A stretch of 64,000 nucleotides of DNA. Source: Prorocentrum cordatum. Taxonomy: Eukaryota. A model generated the notes under the pieces. The model made no database searches, was not told where the DNA came from, and saw nothing but the letters and a program-made list of their open reading frames with translations. The position numbers and the translations under genes are program-made. Shown piece by piece: positions 23,626 to 36,470 of this stretch (position 1 is the stretch's first letter; every line of letters begins with the position of its first letter). Where the stretch lies: positions 1 to 64,000 of the forward strand of contig CAUYUJ010000159.1 in assembly GCA_963575745.1 (NCBI GenBank), given 5' to 3'.

Positions 23626-24359
23626 AGAGCAGGTTCGCGGATAGGGAGGAGGGAGGATTGGGAGGAGGCGGGAGAATGCGGGGCGCTCTGTCTCTCTCTC
23701 TCTCTCTCTCTTTTTCTCTCTCGCGCTCTCTTCAAAACGAGTACCCAAAACCCCAGCATGGTTGGGAAGAAAGGAGGCGCTCTGGCTTCCTGGTGCAAGC
23801 TCTGATTCGAGGAACTGGCTTATGTGCGCACGTGCTCTCCGCGCTTCTCGCCCAGCCTCGACCACAACCATAAACAAAAATCGTGTTGGCAACGAAGCCG
23901 CGAGAGCGCTGGCCGTAGAAAAATGCAGCAGCACACATCGATTGGCGACGGAGCGCAAGCCCCAGGCCCGCGTCTGAGGCGAGATTCCATAGCCATCTCA
24001 GAACACCAGCCATAGCTACAGTGCAGGACACGAGGCCACGGGTCAAGAGTAGACAGGTGAGACGACCCCAAAAGAGGACATGGGTAAGAACGAAATGATC
24101 TCCGCACGCACGCGATACGAGAGTGAGGAACATGAGGATCTACAGGCGCCCTTACCTCAGCAACGAAACCATGCTGCAACATGAAAAAGTTGCAGAGCAA
24201 ATCCGCCGATCCGGCGTGTGAGTTTCTGAGAGCGTGGGCTTGAGCTCGCTCAAGCTTCGCTCTGCGGGGGGAGGGGGACCTCATTTCCGACCTAATTCAG
24301 TGCTTCGCAGGGGGGGGGGGACCTCATTTCCGACCTATTTTCAGTGCTTCGCACCCCCC

Positions 24360-24899
24360 ACCCTCCAGAGCGACCCCCCCCCCCTGCAAAGCGCCCTCCC
24401 TCCCCCCTCCTGCCGCCCAGTCCCCCCCCCTGCAGAGCGGACCCCCCCCCTGCAGCCCCCCCCCCCCCCCCCCTGCAGAGCAGACCCTCCCCCCCCCTCC
24501 CTGCACCCCCTCCCCTGCAGAGCGGACCCCCCCCTGCAGAGCGGACCTCCCCCCTGCAGCTCTCCCCCTGCAGAACGAACCCCCCTCCCCTCCTCTGCCC
24601 CCTCCCCCCTGCAGAGCAGACCTCCCCTCCTGCACCCCGTCACCCTGCAGAGCGGACACCTCCCCCCCTGCAGCTCAGCCACCCCCTTCCCCCTGCAGAG
24701 CGGACCCCCTCCCGTGCAGCCCCGCCCCCCTGCAGAGCGGACCCCCCCTCCCCTGCACCCCCCCACCCCCTGCAGAGCAGACCCCTCCTCCTGCAGCCCC
24801 CCCCCTGCAGAGCGGACCCCCCCTCTCCCTTGCAGTCCCTCCCTCTGCCGAGCGGACCCCCCTGCAAGCAGACCCCCCCCCTACACACAGCTCCCCCCA

Positions 24900-24900
<1 letters not shown>
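24360..24900. repeat. C-rich minisatellite (CCCTGCAGAGCGGACCCCCC) followed by (GTC)n
   Basis: Directly visible repeated CTGCAGAGCGGA core. Confidence 0.85.
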
Positions 24901-24983
<83 letters not shown>

Positions 24984-24998
24984 TCGTCGTCGTCATCG

Positions 24999-25029
<31 letters not shown>

Positions 25030-25710
25030 GGTCGTTGTCGTCCGATGTATTCGTTTTCGTCGTCGTTTTCGTCTTCCTCGTCGTCGTTCATTTCCACAGG
25101 CACCCGGAGCGCCCCGGATCGGCGGCACTGGCCGGAGGCCACTACAATACGTAGGCACACAACGCTCGGACTACCTCCTTGCCAACGCAGGCGTTCCAGA
25201 CGTCAGCTCAAGATGTACACGGCGAGGCTCGGCAGTGCTCTCTGGCTCGCCATGTTCTTGCTGCCCCCTGCTCGCAGCGTCGCCAAACTTGCGCGCGCGG
25301 CTCGCGGGGCAGCCTCACGTAGGTACGGTTGGAACCGTATTTGTGAAGGGGCCCCAGGACACACACATAAATACACACAAATAAAACTACTCCCCATATT
25401 TTCCCATATGTTTCTGGGTTTTTGTCTTCCCCACCACTTCCCATATGTTCCCATATGTTCTGGGGAATCGACGATTCATTGTGTCTGTGTGTTTTTTCCC
25501 TCCTGAATTTGGGGGAACCCAAGCTCAGGTGCACGCGTGCAGAGCCCGCTGCTCATGAGAAGCCCCTGGCTGCACTCTGATCCAGTCCTGCCAGACGGCG
25601 AGCAAAGAGTGGGCCAGATTCGAGGAGGGCGGTCTTTCCACAGGCTCCCTCAAGGCAACCTCTGCCGGCCGTCGACGCACGCCAAGCGCAAGCGCCACGA
25701 GAGCCTTGCG

Positions 25711-25855
25711 TTAGGTCGGGCATGTCCCCCTACAGGGGGATGTGGGGCGAAAAATTACAAATAACCCAAAAGTATGCAAAAATACTCAAACAATCGTCTC
25801 CAGACTATTGTCTATGTTTGAAAATTTCTCCTGCAGAAGAACAGGCCCGACTTAA
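25711..25855. mobile_element. Short MITE of the same family as 18189/20052
   Basis: Begins TTAGGTCGGGCATGTCCCCCTACAGG and ends CCTGCAGAAGAACAGGCCCGACTTAA; these are imperfect inverted termini. Confidence 0.55.
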
Positions 25856-26409
25856 CTCTTGGGCGCCCACGCAACCCCATCTCAGAGGGCTCGCTCGCGC
25901 AAGCCGTGTTCGACCTCCGCCGCCGCCCCCCCCCAGACTCTACCCTTTCCATCCCTCCACTCCCGTCCAAGCCTAGAAGGCTCAAGCCTTCGCAGGCCCA
26001 ACTGTAGGGTTCTCCCCGGGGGCCGTAGGCGACTCGAGGAGGAGGAGGAGGAGGAGGAGGGAGGAGGAGGAGGAGATGATGATGATGATGATGATGATGC
26101 TGATGATGATGATGAGGAGGAGGATGAGGAGGAGGAGGAGGAGGAGGGGAGGAGGAGAAAGGAGGAGGAGAATGCGGAGGAGGAGGAGGAGGAGGAAGAA
26201 GGAGGGAGGAGTGAGGAGGAGGAGAGGAGGAGGAGGAGGAGGAGGAGGAGGAGGAGGAGGAGGAGGAGGACAGTGAGGACAGTGCCGAGAGCGTGCAGGT
26301 GAATCACGAACACGCCTCGAAAAAAAGAACGAGAGAGGGCCCTCATCCAACAAGGGGCGCTCACGAACACGCCTCCGAGAGAGGGCCCTCATCCAACAAG
26401 GGGCGCGCG

Positions 26410-26933
26410 CCGTGCGCGGGGCAGGGGAGCAACGGTGCGAGGGTCACTAACGGCGCAACGCCGGGCAGTCCCCACTCGCACCGCGCCCCCCGCCCGCACC
26501 CGCCCACTATTCAGGTGCCTCGGGCTCGGGCGCCTGCTGAGCATCGCAGGCACCCCGAGCTCCGAGAAAACAAGCGGCTCGAGGGGCTCGCCCGCCTTGG
26601 GATGCAGGCCCCTTCGAGCCAGCTCGAGCATCGACGCGATGGAGGCCAAGACAGCCCGCTGCACTTAAGGGGCCCTTAAGTGCAGCGGATCTGCTCCTTC
26701 CGTGCGCGGGGCTGGGGAGCAACGGTGCGAGGGTCACTAACGGCGCAACGCCGGGCAGTCCCCACTCGCACCGCGCCCCCCGCCAGCACTTCCGCCCACT
26801 AGTCAGGTGCCTCGGGCTCGGGCGCCTGCTGCGGCATCGCAGGCACCCCGAGCTCCGAGAAGACGAGCGGCTCGAGGGGCTCGCCCGTCTTGGGATGCAG
26901 GCCCCTTCGAGCCAGCTCGAGCATCGACGCGAT
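26410..26933. repeat. ~230-bp direct duplication (26410-26640, 26700-26933) separated by a 33-bp palindrome
   Basis: Near-identical copies, with CCGCTGCACTTAAGGG-G-CCCTTAAGTGCAGCGG at 26656-26688. Confidence 0.85.
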
Positions 26934-27279
26934 AGCTCCGTCCCCCCCACTCCCAGCTCCCGCCGACCCCGTCCCAGCCCTCTTGCACGCTCGAGACAGG
27001 CCGACCGACAGGAGGAGGAGGAGGAGGAGGAGGAGGACGGGTCGCCTAGGCCCTTCGGAGAAACCCTCCAGGCCCAACTGGCTGTCCATCACAGACGGCA
27101 CGGAATGCTAGCAACATGCCGGACACTCACATCATGCCTCTGACCCGGCGCTCGGGCAGGGTTAAGGGCGGCTCGCGCCAGAGCGCACAAACAGTTCAGA
27201 ACGCCCGACAGTCTTGCTTCCTCCGCAGCGCGCGGAAAGGGCAAGACTGGCCAGGAGCGATCTCTCAACGTTGCGAGAG

Positions 27280-27720
<441 letters not shown>

Positions 27721-27759
27721 GTCACGGTAGCGACTGGTCGGCGACAGATTGCGGCACGC

Positions 27760-28650
27760 CTACAGCCACATGGACGGCTGCCCGTGCGGGGGCCGCTGCT
27801 CTCTCGGCGCCGGCCTCGGCAGCGCCTCCCCTCGGCAGGCCCGCCCTGCTCGTCTGCCTGCCTCGCGAGCTCGAGGCGCACGGGCGGAGTGCGCGCGGGC
27901 GGCAGAGCCGACGCTGCCCCCGCGCGGCGCTCTGCAGCCGAGCACGAGGGTGGAGCTGCCTCGGCTTCTCAGGACGCACACCTGCCCCATCTCCGGGTAC
28001 CTCATGAAGTGGACCAGCTTCCTGCAGCCCAGGAGTGCCTCGCTGACCCACAGGCCAGTGTGGTTGTGAACGGTGGTCTTCAGCTCGGACAGGTCTAGCC
28101 CTCTGGGATGGAGCTCCAAAACGACAGCGACTGTCTCGATCAGCTGCTGGATGCAGCTAATGACTTCCTTCGTCCCCTCTGAAGAACGCGCGCCGTCCTT
28201 GACCGCGATTGCCTGAGACTCGCAGCTCGAATTGAGACGGCGGCCGTTGCGGACCGCCGGTGCACCTGGCACCGCGGATAGCCGGGACGGTTTGGTGGCG
28301 CCGAACGGCAGCGCAGCGCCAGAGCTGGAACGAACCACCCTGCTCCTGGTTGTAGACCAACCCCCCCGACAACAGGACGTCCGCGCCCTCGCTCGCGCAG
28401 AAGCACATGTGGATGCCAAGGTCGGAACGCAGCGCAAATGCCTTGACGTCCCTAATGATCCCCTCCTCGCAGACGTCGCCGTACACCCCCAGCATGCACT
28501 CAAAGCCCTGCGTGACTCCGCCCTCGGACCACATCTTCACCTGCAGCGGAACGTTGGCTCCGATCTGCAAGTGTGAGGCGCGGCCCTGGTACGTGATCCA
28601 CTCCTCGGACGGGGCGTGCAAGGCGTCAGGCTTGCCTCCAGCCCGCAGCT
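27760..28650 (-). pseudogene. Intronless, frameshifted gene remnant with OST-HTH/LOTUS-like domain (~27940-28170)
   Basis: VLELHPRGLDLSELKTTVHNHTGLWVSEALLGCRKLVHFMRYPEMGQVCVL resembles the LOTUS pattern. An upstream globular-looking segment is in another frame (ORF 28157..28798). Confidence 0.5.
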
Positions 28651-29289
28651 GACGGCCTGTGGGCGCGCCGCCGTGCGCGGCCGCATCCTGCTGGAGATGG
28701 CCTGGCACCCACGGCGCGGCCGTCCGGCGGGCCTGGCGCCATGCTGGACAGCGGAGCAGCGCGGCCGCCCACCAGATAGGGTGGCCGCAACCTGTCAAAG
28801 AAAGCGCGGTCCGCGCCTGTGGGGCGCCGCAAGGTAGACCGGGGACAGCTCTGTCCCTGATGTCTGATCTCCTGGGAAACCTCCTGGATGTAGAAAATCT
28901 GGGAGGCTAAGGATATCATGTGTAATACTCCTCTGCGAGGCCGGGAATTCGCCAACTTGAACCAAGTTGGGTACGGAAGACTGATATGGGACATCTTGGT
29001 TGGGTTTGCCGTCTCGCTGGGGGTCACGGAGCTACCAAGACGGCCGAAAAAGGCGACCAAAGCCACCAAGAGTCTCAAAGCCCAAGAGGGCGCAAGAGAG
29101 CCCCAAGACGGCCCAAGAGAGCCCCAAGGGGCCTTTAAGACTGCCCTACATGAGCCCTGCACAACCCTCATACATGACCTCCATGAGGACTTCAACAAAA
29201 GAACATACGGAACATGCAACATGAAAAAGCCTTCCTCTTCCACCTCCCCCTCCTCCTTCTCCTCCTCGCATTCGTCGACAACTTGGACT

Positions 29290-31014
<1,725 letters not shown>

Positions 31015-31269
31015 TGAGGAGCGGCATGGGCGCACAGGCGGCGGAGTGCGGGCCGGCGACGACGGCCCCGGTGGCGACGGCTGCTTGCCCCGCGCTGCCG
31101 CATGGCTCAAGAGGAGAAAGGCCCCCCTCCTCCCTCTCCTCAGAGGCGCGGGGGAGGCGCGGGGGGCCTACCCGGGGTCCGAGGGCCCGCGAGGGCCCAT
31201 AGGGCCCGAGGGCGGCACCTGGAGGCCGCTCTCGAGGCCCTGAGGGGCCGAGGCTCCAGGTGAGCCTCA
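31015..31269 (+). repeat. 5' LTR of element B
   Basis: Identical by eye to 43229-43483, with TGAGG/CCTCA inverted termini. Confidence 0.95.
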
Positions 31270-31271
31270 CG

Positions 31272-31289
31272 TGGGGGCTGCTCCGGGAA
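31272..31289 (+). promoter_or_regulatory. Primer-binding site, tRNA-Pro type
   Basis: TGGGGGCTGCTCCGGGAA, 2 nt after the LTR, closely resembles the MLV tRNA-Pro PBS TGGGGGCTCGTCCGGGAT. Confidence 0.8.
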
Positions 31290-31320
31290 ATCGTTTCCCG
31301 AGCGGGCCCGGGCCCGGGCG

Positions 31321-34300
31321 ATGGCGTCGCCCCAGCGCGCGCCTCGCGCGGAGCTGGGCGACGCCGACGCGGGCGACGTCGAGGCGGGCGCGGAGGCTGG
31401 CGCGCCGTCGGCGCAGGCGGCCGCGGCCCCAGCAGCGGCGGCGGCCGGCGCTGGCGTGGAGGTCGCCGGCTTCGAGGGCTCGCTGCTGGAGGCGATCGCC
31501 GACGGTGCCGTGGCGCAGCCGCCGCTGCTGGCCTTCGGCGCCTGGGTGCAGTGGCGCGCCGGCCCAGGTCGCCGGCTTCGCACTGCGCCCGCGATCGCGG
31601 CCAGCGAGAGCGCGTTGTGGCGGAGCACCATGGAGGCGCTGCACGGCCAGGACTGGCAGGCGCGGCTGCGCCAGCAGGGCCCCGCCGCGGCGCGCAGCCC
31701 CGCGACGCCAGCGGCTGCGCAGCCGCCGGCGGCCGACGACGTCCTGCGGCTGCTGGACTCGCCGGCGCGCGCGTCCGACGCGGGCTCCGACGCCACTGGA
31801 GCCCTGTCGGACGGCAGCTGGGGGCCGCTCACGGACGACGAGGTCCTGGAGCGGCTGCTCAAGGACGTGGAGCCGCACGAGTCGATGCGCGACTTCGAGC
31901 GGCGCCTGCTGCGCGCGCGGGCTGTGCTGACGCTGCGGCGGCAGGCGGTGCCGGAGGGCGCGGTCGAGTTCGGCATGAGGGAGGCCCGCTTCCTGGTGGA
32001 GGCGCGGGCCCACGGCGAGGGCGTGGCGGCCGCGCTGGAGGCGAAGCTGCACGCCGTCCTGGACGTCGAGACGGACGACGCCGACGAGGACGTGCGGGCG
32101 CTGATGGACCTCCTCGCGGTGGTGCGCGGCGGCGGCAGCGCTCGCGACGCCGTGGCCGGCGGGGCGCCGGCGCGGCCCCCGCAGGACCGAGCCCCGCCCG
32201 CCGGGCCCGCCGGCGTCGGCGTGGCGCCCGCGGGGCCACCCGCCTTCCCCGCCTTCGGCGAGGACCTGCCGCCGGGGCTTCCCCCGCGGGGCGGGCCGAC
32301 CGAGGCGGGCCCGGCGGGGCCCAGCTTGGCGGCAGCGCTGCAGGGCCTCGCGGGGGCGCTCGGCCAGCGGGCCGACAAGAAGTCGTCCACGATCCAGGTG
32401 AAGCCGCACTACAGTCTGCCGACGCTCGGCGACGGCGACTTCGACGTGGACTCGTTCGTGGAGGAGTTCGAGGAGATGGTCGGGCTGGCCAACGACGGTG
32501 CGGGGATGTCGGCGACGGAGATGGTGCGTGTGCTGGGGACCTGCCTGAAAGGCTCGCGTCAGCGGGCTTACAAGGTCGAGCTGCAGCAGGCTCGCCGGTC
32601 AGGCAGGCTGTCGGCGGATCCCGACGAGGTGTACCAGAGCCTGAAGGAGCGGCTGATGGAGTTCAAGGAGGGCTTGCTGGAGAAGCAGCAGCGGCTCAAC
32701 GCCGAGTGGAGGACGCTCTCCCGCGGCAAGATGAGCGCGCTGGAGTTTCAGGCGACGTTCGAGAACATCGTGGCGGAGATGGGGCTGGCTGGGATGGGCA
32801 AGTCCGATCGCGACCTGCTGCTCAGCTACCTGGCGCTCATCCCTCCCTCGCACCGTGCAGAGGTGCTCAAGGATCGCCGAGTGTATCAGCGCTCTGGCGC
32901 CCAGCCCGAGGTCCGCGGCGTCGAGACCTGGAGGGAGGCCCATCGCGTGCTGCTGAAGCTGGAGGAGGCCGAGAGCTCGGCCAAGGCGCTCGTCGCGGCT
33001 GTGGGCTCGGACTTCGCGCCCAGCCCGGGCGGCGGCGGTGGCCGGCGTCGGCGCGGTGGCGGTGGCGGCGATCAGGAGCCGCCCGAGGTCGGCGCTGTTG
33101 GCGGCTCCGGCGGCGCCGGCGCTGAGGGTGCTGTGAAGGTCTGCTTCCAGATGAGGGACAGCGGCACGTGTGCGCGTGGCGACGCCTGCAGGTTCTCGCA
33201 CGACCGGGCTGCCATCGCCGAGTCCCGGAGGACCAAGAAGGACGCTACCGGGCCGAAGGGCAAGGGCGCGGACGGCAAGAAGGGCAAGGGCTCGGACGAC
33301 GGCGGCAAGGGCGGCCTCAAGTCGCAGCTCTGCCTGCAGTTCCTCCGGGGTGCGTGCAGCAAGAGCGAGAAGGACTGCAAGTTCAGCCACTCGGGTAAGG
33401 CAGCTCAGAAGGTCATTGCAGCGGTTTACGCTGGCGCGGCCGCAGCTAAGGCGCCGCCGCCAAGCCTCGGCAGCGCGGGCTCCCCCGGCAGCGGCCAGGG
33501 AGCAGCGCCTGCGGCCGAGGAGGCGGCGCGGCCCGCAGCCTCTGGCGCGGCGCCGAAGGTGCAAGCTGCGGCGGGGGGCAAGCTCGAATGGGTGCGACCC
33601 TGTGGCGGCGTCTTCGGCCCGAGCTACGACCTCCCGCAGGTGAGCGTCGTCAGGGGCTCGCCCTCGCCCGAAGGAGCTCTGAAGGACCTGGACCAGATCC
33701 CCGCCAGCGCCTGGACGCAGGTGCAGGAGCCCGACGACGGGTACCACTACTTGTGCCACACGCATGTCTACGGCCTCAGCATCAGGACGCTCCTTGATGG
33801 CGGGGCGGTGTTCTCCCTGACGTGGGAGGCGACGATCGTCAGCATCATCAACAGCGCGATCGCGGAGGGCAAGTCTCCTGAGGACCCCGACTGGCCGATC
33901 GCGGGCCTGATGCACTGGGGCCGGGACTCGAAGGCCTCGTCGGTGGCGGACAAGGGCGACCTGAAGATTCGTGGCATGGTGGACCTGCGCCTGGCCTTCG
34001 AGGGGCTGGATGGTACGCGAGTGGTGCGTGTGTTTCGCCTTCGGCTTCTGCGCGGGGGTTGGGACAGGCCGTTTCTTATCATTCTTGGGGCCCCAGCGCT
34101 CGATGCACCCCCTCTGGGGATCGGGCACCGGCCTACGCTACAGGGCCACTACTTGCCGGGGCTGGGCATCACGGTCAAGCGTGCGGAGGCCGACGCGGTG
34201 CAAGCGAAGCTGTTGACCATCTCGGCGGTGTTCTCAGAGTGCGATGCCGATAAGCGTCGAGGTGAGGATCGTCGGGCTGCCAGTGCGGTAGGATCCCTGG

Positions 34301-36470
34301 TGTGGTCCGGCGCGGCCTGCCCGAGCTACCCCATCTGCATGGTCGGCGGCCAGTGCCCCGCGGAGTTCGGCGGCGGCGACACAGGCGTGATCGTGCTCGA
34401 CGACTCGGAGTCCGCCGTCCCCATCTACCTGAGCGGCGTGGAGGGCGTGCGGCTGGAGCTCGGCGACTGCGCTCTGGTGCCAGCCCGCGCTAGCGGCCTC
34501 GCAGCGGGTATCGTCGGCGACGTGGTGGCGAATGGCGCGGCGGCCGTCTGGGCCGCCCCCGGCCCTTGGCTCGGCCGGGAGCAGCTCGTCCTGGTCGGCA
34601 ACTGGGACCAGCCCGGCGTCAGCATCGAGGTCGGCGACATCGTGGGCGCCGTGATCCAGACCGACGGCGAGCCGGCCGGCGACGACCCGTCAGTGGCGCA
34701 CGTGTGGCAGGATTGGGACGAGCTGCGGGACATCGTTGAGCTGGAGGTGCCGACGGACGAGTACTACGCCGAGCGTCTAGTCTACTGGCAGCGGAAGTAC
34801 CCGAAGGCGGCCACCACCCTCCTCGAGCATCTCTTGGCGGTCGAGGGCCTGCTGGACGTGTGCATCGCGGCCGGGTACTCCATGGGTGCCGAGAAGTCCC
34901 TCGACAGGCTGGCTCAGCCCTCCGTCGAGGCGCTCGGCGAGATCGTGGGCCGCGAAGGCAGCGAGGCGTGCGAGCGGCATCTGGAGCTTATCAAGAACTG
35001 GTCGGTGCTCGAGGACGTGGCAGCGCTGCGGCGGTTCCTCGGCACGTTCAACTGGATCCGCGGCCACTTCCCCAAGGAGGTGCAGAAGCCGCTGGGGATC
35101 CTCACGCAGCAGCTCAAGAAGGACGCCGAGTGGCCGATGACCTCCGAGAAGGTTGCGGCCCAGCGCGCCATCCAGCAGCTCGCGTGCGAGGCCATCCGCC
35201 TCGCGGTGATCGACATGGTCGGGGCGATCTCGAAGGACCGCCCGCTCGAGCAGGTCGCGGATTTTTGCCCCTACGGTTGGGGTGGCAGCGTGTATCAGCT
35301 GGCCGCCGACCGCCGCACGCTCAACGTGCTGGCGATGTACGGCGGCTGCCTCAGCTTGGCGCAGAGCAATTGGCACCCCCGCCGGGGTGAGCTGTATGCG
35401 CAGCGCGAGACCAGGCGGGAGGCACGTAAGGATTTCGGTCGGCTGCCCGCCCTGTGCTGGACGGACCACGCGGCAGCGGTGAAGGGCGCTACGGGCGAGG
35501 CCGAGACGGACTCCACCGTCATCCGCTGGGTTGGCGAGATCGAGAGCGACGGCAGCAGGCTGATGAATCTCTCGGGGCGGAGCGCGGCCCTTGGTGATGG
35601 CCCCTCCCGAGAGAACGAGGCCCACGGCAAGTTCCTGCGCGAGCAGGCTAACTCCCTGGCGAACATCACGATCGAGGACATCATCGGCGATGACTACCGT
35701 CCGGGGGAGGGGGTCCCGTGGGGCCTTGACGAGACCCCCCTCGCGGCCGCCTTGCAGCTGGTGGCCGTGGCCGGGGCGGAGCGCGAGAAGGGCGACTCCA
35801 TCGCGCTGCACCTGCCGGACTACGGATGCGAGAGGCGGCGGAGCGCAGAGCAGGCGCGGGCAGCTCGACAGCTGCAGCTGGCGGCGCCAGGCCTGCGGCT
35901 TCGCATGATCCCGCACGACCCTCCGCTGGCAGACGGTGCCGGCGGCCTGTACTACATCGCGCCTCCTCGCTTCCCAGGTGATGCGAGTGGTAAGGCGCGG
36001 AAGCAGCTTCGCAATGACGTGCTGACCGCAGTGGCCGCCGTCTTGCGAGAGTGTGCCGCGCGGTGGCCCAAGGTCGTGATCGGGACGGGCCACGGCGGGC
36101 TGGTGGCGGCTGCAGCGGCCCACCCCAGAGTGGTGGAGGCCGCTCTCGCGCTGCGGTACGCGAGAGAGGCGGAGGGCATGCAGGTCGCGGAGGCGTGGGT
36201 GAACGTCAGGGCGTTCGTGGCGATCGGGCCGCGCGCCCACAGCCCGAGCAGGATCGGCTTTGTGCGAGAGGCGTTTCCGGAGTTCGGAGCGACTGCCCAC
36301 GGCGACGAGCGCCCGGCCCCCCTCTATTTGGTGGAGGGCGCCGGGGCGCACCGCCGTTTCGGGCAGGACCTCGGCGAGGCGCTGGGCGTGAAGGTGTCGG
36401 CCACGCTGGGCGAGGTCCTCATGCAGGAGGTGGTCTCTGCCCCCCCGCGGCTGCTGGAGTTCAGCGGCGG
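31321..36470 (+). CDS. Element B ORF1 (frame stays open to 37623): Gag with two CCCH fingers, aspartic protease, RT C-terminal half (thumb/connection), RNase H, alpha/beta-hydrolase-like domain
   Basis: CFQMRDSGTCARGDACRFSH and CLQFLRGACSKSEKDCKFSH; LLDGGA...IILGAP; LEHL...VEALGEIV...IKNW...LRRFLGTFNWIR; VADFCPYGWGG...AQSNW...GELYA...WTDH...IRW; VVIGTGHGG. Confidence 0.9.

Noticed and set aside
26560..26925. ELARRGLHPK(T/A)GEPL peptide resembling an HU arm or U-box end
   Set aside because: The match is too short and has no supporting flanking domain.
34400..34660. dUTPase-like segment after the protease of element B
   Set aside because: Only a vague beta-rich resemblance. The catalytic dUTPase motifs are not recognisable.
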